Positions 58,533-64,000 of a stretch of DNA of 64,000 bases are shown here, one piece after another. This DNA is from a virus (Duplodnaviria; Caudoviricetes), in the IMG/VR virus record IMGVR_UViG_3300021963_000003, positions 17 to 64,016 of that record; one strand, 5' to 3'. How positions within the stretch are numbered: the first letter of the stretch is position 1; the number at the start of each line of letters is the position of its first letter. The notes under the pieces are model-generated. The model worked only from the letters and a program-made list of their open reading frames with translations, ran no database searches and had not been told where the DNA came from. Position numbers and translations under genes: made by a program.

Positions 58533-58703
58533 TCCTAAAACAATTATCTGGTACAAGTCCAAGGATACCTTCTGTGTGAGAGTATTTGGTTGGGGGATAT
58601 ATGGAATTAATACTAAAGCCAATTGGGTTCCGTTCTCAATCAGGGCTGGCTTCAAAAAGCTACCAATTATCAAGGGACACTTTATCGAATTTATGATACC
58701 GTT

Positions 58704-58952
58704 ATGGCTGCAGAAAATGAAAAATACCATCAGATGGCGATTGCTTGGGGCGAAAAGTACCTCGCTTCCAAAGAAACCTCAGAGGTCTTCAATCATAAAA
58801 AAGGGGAAACAATCTTAGACGACCGCCATTTTGTGGCAGTTCAGGTAGAAAGAATTAAGCACTGCAAGGGAGCTGAACTTCACGGAGCCTATAATAGACT
58901 AAGGGTATTTAAACACTTCTACGAGACCTTAATTAAAAAAGAAGATGAGTAA
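58704..58952 (+). CDS. Hypothetical protein
   Basis: MAAENEK start; coupled to the next gene. Confidence 0.45.
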   Translation: MAAENEKYHQMAIAWGEKYLASKETSEVFNHKKGETILDDRHFVAVQVERIKHCKGAELHGAYNRLRVFKHFYETLIKKEDE

Positions 58953-59139
58953 GGAACATATAGTTAAATGTCAGAACACCGAATGCCCGTCGTCAGATAG
59001 TTGCCATAGGGTTATAGCTGTACCGTCCACATTTAAACAGGTGTACCTAGAGTTTACCCCTGAAAAGGGAGCAGACAGGTGTATATATTTTATCCAAACA
59101 AGAGATGAGGAAGGACAACCTACACTGCCCCTACTGTAA
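58945..59139 (+). CDS. Small Cys-rich protein
   Basis: C....CP....C.R...Q.Y..F......C.YF. Confidence 0.55.
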   Translation: MSKEHIVKCQNTECPSSDSCHRVIAVPSTFKQVYLEFTPEKGADRCIYFIQTRDEEGQPTLPLL

Positions 59140-59554
59140 GCTCCTATACGACGAGGAGTTCATTGAACCCTTGATATGTAGGTCGTTTATCTGCAAGGAA
59201 TGTCAGGGCAAGATAAGGGTCAAGTTAAAGACAGGAGGTTGGATTGTGATGCACAAAAGACAGGATAGGATGTACCACGTGACTAAGATAAGAAACCAAG
59301 AAGAGGACTTCAAGTACCTACATAAAGTAAGAAAGAAGTATATGCTTAGGGTCAAACGCAGGCACAACGACGCACTAGTAGACGAGTTCTTTAAGTACGG
59401 CAAACGTACTTGGATTATCAAGGCAAGGTCAATGTTTATTCAGGAGGTTACAATGCTTGGAATTCCGTACACCACTATCATCGAATTTTTTAAACAGAAC
59501 GGAGGGACAATAAATTTTAGAACAATTAAAGTATATATCAATAGTTATGACTAA
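59105..59554 (+). CDS. Zn-ribbon basic protein (possible transcription regulator)
   Basis: CPYC..CKEC; basic helical C-terminus. Confidence 0.5.
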   Translation: MRKDNLHCPYCKLLYDEEFIEPLICRSFICKECQGKIRVKLKTGGWIVMHKRQDRMYHVTKIRNQEEDFKYLHKVRKKYMLRVKRRHNDALVDEFFKYGKRTWIIKARSMFIQEVTMLGIPYTTIIEFFKQNGGTINFRTIKVYINSYD

Positions 59555-59906
59555 CAAGGAAAGTAAAGAAATCCAGAATATGGTAACGTACTTCACATTA
59601 TGTTCGCACCTGCGGGACTACATAGAAGAGAATGTAAGCTCCTCTAAGTTTAATTTTAACAAGGTTAAGATGATAACAAACCAGCTAGCAAGGGAGCTAG
59701 AGAAAAGCATTGACATTGTGTTTGACGCAAAGGAGTTCTCAGAAGAAGACAAGGCGGATATGTTAGATAACTTTGTTAATAGCACTCGCTTTATGGAGTA
59801 CTACTTTAGAAAAGGATTACAACTACAACACATCGAACCAACATTAGTATCAGAACTATCAGACAAAATAAACGAAATCTTTAAAGATTATGGAATCAAC
59901 GAGTAA
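59547..59906 (+). CDS. Hypothetical protein
   Basis: Coupled ORF. Confidence 0.55.
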   Translation: MTNKESKEIQNMVTYFTLCSHLRDYIEENVSSSKFNFNKVKMITNQLARELEKSIDIVFDAKEFSEEDKADMLDNFVNSTRFMEYYFRKGLQLQHIEPTLVSELSDKINEIFKDYGINE

Positions 59907-60294
59907 CGAGAACGTAACAACGTTTACAGACAGTATTGTATTTGATGTCATTAAGGACATTGCATCTAGAGCAGAGCTAGGTCTAGCCAAGTACAACAAA
60001 ACAATGGACAGAGAAGACTTAATAGCTTCCGATTGGGTACAACACGCATACGAGGAGTGCTTAGATATGGCACTATATCTTAAGAGATTAAGAAAAGATA
60101 TGTTGGCTATGGAAGAGGAGCTTCGGGCATTTAAAACTCAGTCTATGATTAAGGAGCAATGGAAAGAAATAGAAGTGGAGGATAAAAATAGAAGGCTAAA
60201 ATATAAGTATGGCATAGGAGTTGCAGATAGCGATGTACCTGAACCAAACGAAGAAAAACCGCCAATTAATATTAAATATACTTGGCACAGATAA
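59890..60294 (+). CDS. All-alpha NTP pyrophosphohydrolase-like (MazG-fold) phage protein
   Basis: R...G..KY..T.DR.DL...W..HA.EE..D..LY motif. Confidence 0.55.
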   Translation: MESTSNENVTTFTDSIVFDVIKDIASRAELGLAKYNKTMDREDLIASDWVQHAYEECLDMALYLKRLRKDMLAMEEELRAFKTQSMIKEQWKEIEVEDKNRRLKYKYGIGVADSDVPEPNEEKPPINIKYTWHR

Positions 60295-60321
60295 TAAGGG
60301 TTAAAATGGTTTAATTGTCAG

Positions 60322-60354
60322 AAAGGCATCCTGTTCTACGGGGTGTCTTTTTTT
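60322..60354 (+). terminator. Intrinsic terminator
   Basis: AAAGGCATCC-loop-GGGTGTCTTT followed by a T run. Confidence 0.7.
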
Positions 60355-60383
60355 GTACCTTGAAAAATAATTTATGTAAATGT

Positions 60384-60413
60384 TTTGAATTATAAATAAA
60401 ATAGTTAACTTTG
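60384..60413 (+). promoter_or_regulatory. Bacteroidota sigmaA promoter
   Basis: TTTG-N18-TAACTTTG; a near-duplicate region lies at about 55897-55940. Confidence 0.7.
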
Positions 60414-60430
60414 TAACACCAAACAAGAAA

Positions 60431-60610
60431 ATGAAAAAACAAACATACAGCGATGTGCTCTGCAAGGCAGAGGCTATCGTATCTAATCCAAAGAATCGTT
60501 TATCAAACGGAAACCTTAAAGCACCTGTACAAAGAAGAGTAGAGAAGCTAACGTTTAAAGTAGCGTACCTATCTCAATTTGCTACACCAGAAAGTAACTA
60601 TCAATATTAA
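60431..60610 (+). CDS. 59-aa hypothetical protein (below ORF-track cutoff)
   Basis: MKKQTYSDVLCKAEAIV...; directly after the promoter. Confidence 0.5.
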   Translation: MKKQTYSDVLCKAEAIVSNPKNRLSNGNLKAPVQRRVEKLTFKVAYLSQFATPESNYQY

Positions 60611-60632
60611 TTTAAACTAAACAAAACAAATT

Positions 60633-61334
60633 ATGTCAAGAGCAGACGCTTATCGCACAACAGTTGAGTCACCAGTTAAGAAGTACTTATCTTGGTCGTC
60701 CAACGACAAATGTTTTACCTTCTACGACAAGGAAACAAAGGAGAACAAGAAGTTAACTCTACCGTTAACATTAATTCACTTAGACGAGATGTCTACAGTT
60801 AAGGGATGGCACGACTCATCTTCCTCAGGAATCTATTCTAACGAGGTGCGTTCTACTAAGAACGAAGAACTAAACGTAAGAGCATTTAAAGGAGGGGACT
60901 TGGCTAAAGGTATCTACCAAGACATTAAGTTAAAAATCCAGTCATTAGGTGGTCACTACTGTGTTAGCATCTACGCATTTGTTGACAACGAGATTGTTAA
61001 TATCTCTTTAAAGGGTTCAGCTTTGATGACTTGGTCTGACTTTACTAAGGACAATCGCAAGGCTTTCTTAGGCAACGTAATCGAAGTTAAGTCAGCATCT
61101 GAAGGAAAGAAGGGAGCAGTTAAGTACACAACTCCTACATTCACATTAGGTGGTGCTATTGGTCTAGATGTAAGCGAGAAAGCTGAGGCGGCTTATGATT
61201 TGCTGAAAGCATACCTAGACTCACGCAAGGCTTCACAAGAAGTATCTCACGAGGAGGTTCCTCAGGCTGAAACGTTTCAACCAATATTTGCAGAGCCTGT
61301 ATTAGAGAAAGAAATTGATACTCTTCCCTTCTGA
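60633..61334 (+). CDS. Putative single-stranded DNA-binding protein
   Basis: Beta-rich core, acidic tail ending DTLPF, strong codon bias. Confidence 0.6.
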   Translation: MSRADAYRTTVESPVKKYLSWSSNDKCFTFYDKETKENKKLTLPLTLIHLDEMSTVKGWHDSSSSGIYSNEVRSTKNEELNVRAFKGGDLAKGIYQDIKLKIQSLGGHYCVSIYAFVDNEIVNISLKGSALMTWSDFTKDNRKAFLGNVIEVKSASEGKKGAVKYTTPTFTLGGAIGLDVSEKAEAAYDLLKAYLDSRKASQEVSHEEVPQAETFQPIFAEPVLEKEIDTLPF

Positions 61335-61806
61335 TATGAACGAACTAGCATTACTTAAAACAAACCCAATTGTCTCGGCGGACAAGGAAGGATTATCCTC
61401 GATGGTTAGCTCCTATATTCAGGAGTTAGCCTTCAACGGGGGAGAGCCTTTGAACGACTTAGCTATATGTAGAAAATATATATATGTGCTAGAGGAATTA
61501 GAGAAGGGACTTAAGGACTACGCAATCTCTGAGTTAAGTAACTTTGACAAGCAGGAGGCTGAGATACTAGGTGCATCTTTAAAGGTAATAGAGACAGGAG
61601 TTAAGAATGATTATAGTGCAACTCCATCTTGGTTATCTCAAAAAGAAGTGGTAGACTTGGAGACTAAGAAACTAAAAGAAATCGAGGCTATGGCTAAGAG
61701 TCTTAAAGGTAAACTTGTCGTAGTAGACGAGGAGACAGGAGAGACAAAAGAGTTCTACCCACCTGTTAAAACAAGTTCAACATCAGTTCGTGTAACAATT
61801 AAATAA
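61322..61806 (+). CDS. Conserved phage protein (likely start at MNELALL, about 61336)
   Basis: Coiled coil; DEETGE...PP.K.S....VT.K C-terminus. Confidence 0.5.
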
Positions 61807-61981
61807 TAATGCTCACCTACGGCTCACACCGTTTAACAAGCTAAACTTATGGAAAGAACATTTAATCAGGTGTACCAGCATATCTACAACCAACTAGATT
61901 TACACCACCAAACAAAAATACAGCAAGCTAAGGACAAGTTTGAGAAACAAAAGCAGGCTGAGAAAAACGAAAAATCAAATT

Positions 61982-62209
61982 ATGAATATTATAAAAGATA
62001 TTAGAACAGAGTTAGGGATGACCCAAGCAGCCTTTGCTAAGGTATCTGGATTCAATAAAGTACAGCAGGTATCAGGACTAGAGAACAACGTAAAGGGCTT
62101 AGGGTTCTTCCTACTAAGTAAGATAGTAAGACACCTTGCCTCCAATGGAATTGACGCTTCACTTGATGTGATACTTACAGTCAACCAAAAGAAAATAAGA
62201 ATACATTGA
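61982..62209 (+). CDS. XRE-family HTH regulator
   Basis: IKDIR.ELGMTQAAFAK......VSGLENN. Confidence 0.75.
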   Translation: MNIIKDIRTELGMTQAAFAKVSGFNKVQQVSGLENNVKGLGFFLLSKIVRHLASNGIDASLDVILTVNQKKIRIH

Positions 62210-62406
62210 CAAATCCTAGTAATCTAAAACCAGCTGAAAAGCTAGAAGAGATAATGAGGCTATCCCAAGAGTACGGGGTACGCTACATTATCTCTTATTT
62301 TTTAACCGAGTTAGCAGAAAATGCAAATTATGCAAGTTTTGATGATAAGTGTTATTGGAAAGACGTAGAAGATGAATTTAAATCAAGACTAAAAAATGGC
62401 AGATGA
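62206..62406 (+). CDS. Hypothetical protein
   Basis: Coupled ORF. Confidence 0.45.
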   Translation: MTNPSNLKPAEKLEEIMRLSQEYGVRYIISYFLTELAENANYASFDDKCYWKDVEDEFKSRLKNGR

Positions 62407-62761
62407 AATTGTATTTGAGTGGCACGACATAGACGTGTCATTAAACAAGTTCTTTGCAGGTAAGCATTGGACAATACGTAACAAAATTAAAGACCAATTC
62501 CATTCTCTATTTGGAAAATTGCTAACAGGTAAATACAGAAAGATTAACGAGTACTCTGTTCGGCTTGAGTACAATTCAAGGTTAGACCCTACCAACACCA
62601 TTATATTAATTAAGATTGGCGAGGACTTCCTTAGACATATTGATATTCTTACAGACGACACCAAGAAGTTCTGCAAGAGTGTAACTATTGTTCCTGTACT
62701 CACTATGGGAAAGAAGCATTATAAGATGACATTCTCAATTATATCCTATGCAAATAACTAA
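62396..62761 (+). CDS. RusA-like Holliday junction resolvase
   Basis: SLN....HW..R, R.D..N....K...D.L....L.DD motifs. Confidence 0.7.
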   Translation: MADEIVFEWHDIDVSLNKFFAGKHWTIRNKIKDQFHSLFGKLLTGKYRKINEYSVRLEYNSRLDPTNTIILIKIGEDFLRHIDILTDDTKKFCKSVTIVPVLTMGKKHYKMTFSIISYANN

Positions 62762-63281
62762 AGTAGAGTTAATCCCGCCGACTTTATACCAAGAGTCTTT
62801 ATGTAATGCATTTGCGGATGCCGTATACTTTAGCAATAAGAGTACGTACGACAAACGTAAGCAAACTAATGAGCTCAAGGTAAAGGCAGACATATACATA
62901 GGCAAGATGGCGGAGTTTGCGGTGTATAACTTCTTAGTAGAAAAGGACAGGGTAGTGACTCAGCCTGATATAATGATATACTCAGTTAAGAGGAAGTCGT
63001 TTGATGCTGACCTATTTGTAGACGAGAAGACTCCTATCCACGTCAAGTCCTGTATGAGTGTTAGGGACCAAGAAAACTCTTGGGTGTTCCAACCTACCGA
63101 CAAACTTGTTTGCTTGCCCTCTGCTGACGATATAATTGCCTTGGTGGTAATATCTGACCTTAAGGTGTTTTCGGCTTATCTAGTCAAAGCTATTGATGTT
63201 ATGGGGCTATACAAGCCGCCAAGGATAGAGGGGTTGGACAAGAAAGTATTATATGAAGAAATTTTAAACGAACAAAAATAA
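62748..63281 (+). CDS. PD-(D/E)XK nuclease-like protein
   Basis: G..AEFAV, PD, D.DL, HVKS, SWVF motifs. Confidence 0.6.
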   Translation: MQITKVELIPPTLYQESLCNAFADAVYFSNKSTYDKRKQTNELKVKADIYIGKMAEFAVYNFLVEKDRVVTQPDIMIYSVKRKSFDADLFVDEKTPIHVKSCMSVRDQENSWVFQPTDKLVCLPSADDIIALVVISDLKVFSAYLVKAIDVMGLYKPPRIEGLDKKVLYEEILNEQK

Positions 63282-63286
63282 ACAAA

Positions 63287-63604
63287 ATGAAAGTAAAAGA
63301 TTTAAATGAAGCTCAAATAAAGCAAATATTCTGTTCTGCTATGGGATGGCATAGCCGACTTAATGAACAAGGCGAAGTTGGTTCAAAATTTGACGAATTC
63401 TACGACCAGATTACATACGAATGGGATGAAGATAGGTGGACAATCTGTGGGGATATGGCTCAAATTGAAATTACAGAAAACCTATACTTTAGATGTGGAA
63501 TGAGATACGCACACTATGGAATAGGGGGAACAGCGTTTGATTTAAAATCTGTTTTTGAATGCCTTGTATCATTAGGACTATTGCCTTTAAACGAACAAAA
63601 ATAA
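63287..63604 (+). CDS. Hypothetical protein flanked by 19-bp direct repeats
   Basis: Ends LNEQK, as does the preceding gene. Confidence 0.6.
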   Translation: MKVKDLNEAQIKQIFCSAMGWHSRLNEQGEVGSKFDEFYDQITYEWDEDRWTICGDMAQIEITENLYFRCGMRYAHYGIGGTAFDLKSVFECLVSLGLLPLNEQK

Positions 63605-63924
63605 TGGAACAACAAACAAGATACAGAATATCGGTAGCCCTAAAACGATTTAAAGATTCGTTAAAGCCACACACAGGACAAATACTAGAATACGAATCTA
63701 TCCCATTTACCGTTTATACAAGTAACGACAAGTATATAATATTAGATGCTGTATTTTTAGATTCTAAACAATATTTAAATACTATGCGAGTATTAGAAAA
63801 GACTAAGCCATTTATATGTAAGTCTTGGATTCCCCATAAGAAAGATGGGGTTGAAACATATCCTGAATACAGCGGAATTATTCACGGAATAATTCACAAC
63901 GAATTTACTTCTTTCCGCCCCTAG
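63604..63924 (+). CDS. Hypothetical protein
   Basis: MEQQTRY start; TAATG coupling; last plus-strand gene. Confidence 0.55.
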   Translation: MEQQTRYRISVALKRFKDSLKPHTGQILEYESIPFTVYTSNDKYIILDAVFLDSKQYLNTMRVLEKTKPFICKSWIPHKKDGVETYPEYSGIIHGIIHNEFTSFRP

Positions 63925-64000
63925 CTCTTTTGTCTCCCGCTGTATCTGATTTAGAGCCTCTATTTACGGAGGCTTTTTTCATTACAATACCTTTGCTAGT
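63890..64000. repeat. Terminal direct repeat / circular assembly overlap (copy 2)
   Basis: Identical to 1-111. Confidence 0.95.

Noticed and set aside
1-64000. Stop-codon reassignment as in some crAss-like phages
   Set aside because: Long genes are intact under the standard code, TAG and TGA both end genes, and there is no suppressor tRNA.

Overview
The window is an apparently complete, circularly permuted bacteriophage genome. Bases 1-111 repeat at 63890-64000, giving a unit length of 63,889 bp. Repeated TTG/TTTG-N18-21-TAnnTTTG promoters and AT-rich starts without Shine-Dalgarno sequences point to a Bacteroidota host. There are two divergent arms. The minus-strand arm (about 16-44580) is a crAss-like/podoviral morphogenesis module: GroES-like protein, TerS-like protein, TerL, portal, scaffold, major capsid protein, tail fibres, lysis cassette, ring and muzzle proteins, ejection proteins including a 3003-aa polyvalent protein, two homing endonucleases and many small basic proteins. 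The plus-strand arm (about 45300-63924) holds early and replication genes: a structured RNA leader, ArdC, small hypothetical genes, an iteron-containing initiator, DnaB, nucleases, an SSB-like protein and a RusA-like protein. I saw no DNA polymerase, primase, RNA polymerase, integrase, tRNA or CRISPR array. The most unusual signals are non-coding: (i) a second, inverted, gene-less copy of the iteron origin upstream of the packaging genes; (ii) a five-copy covarying pseudoknot-like motif just upstream of early start codons; (iii) a ~415-nt structured leader with a boxA-like sequence and a tRNA T-loop; (iv) an array of paired, unrelated operator-like palindromes; and (v) shared translation-start repeats that flank single-gene cassettes. 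All family assignments come from motif recognition by eye, not from database searches.
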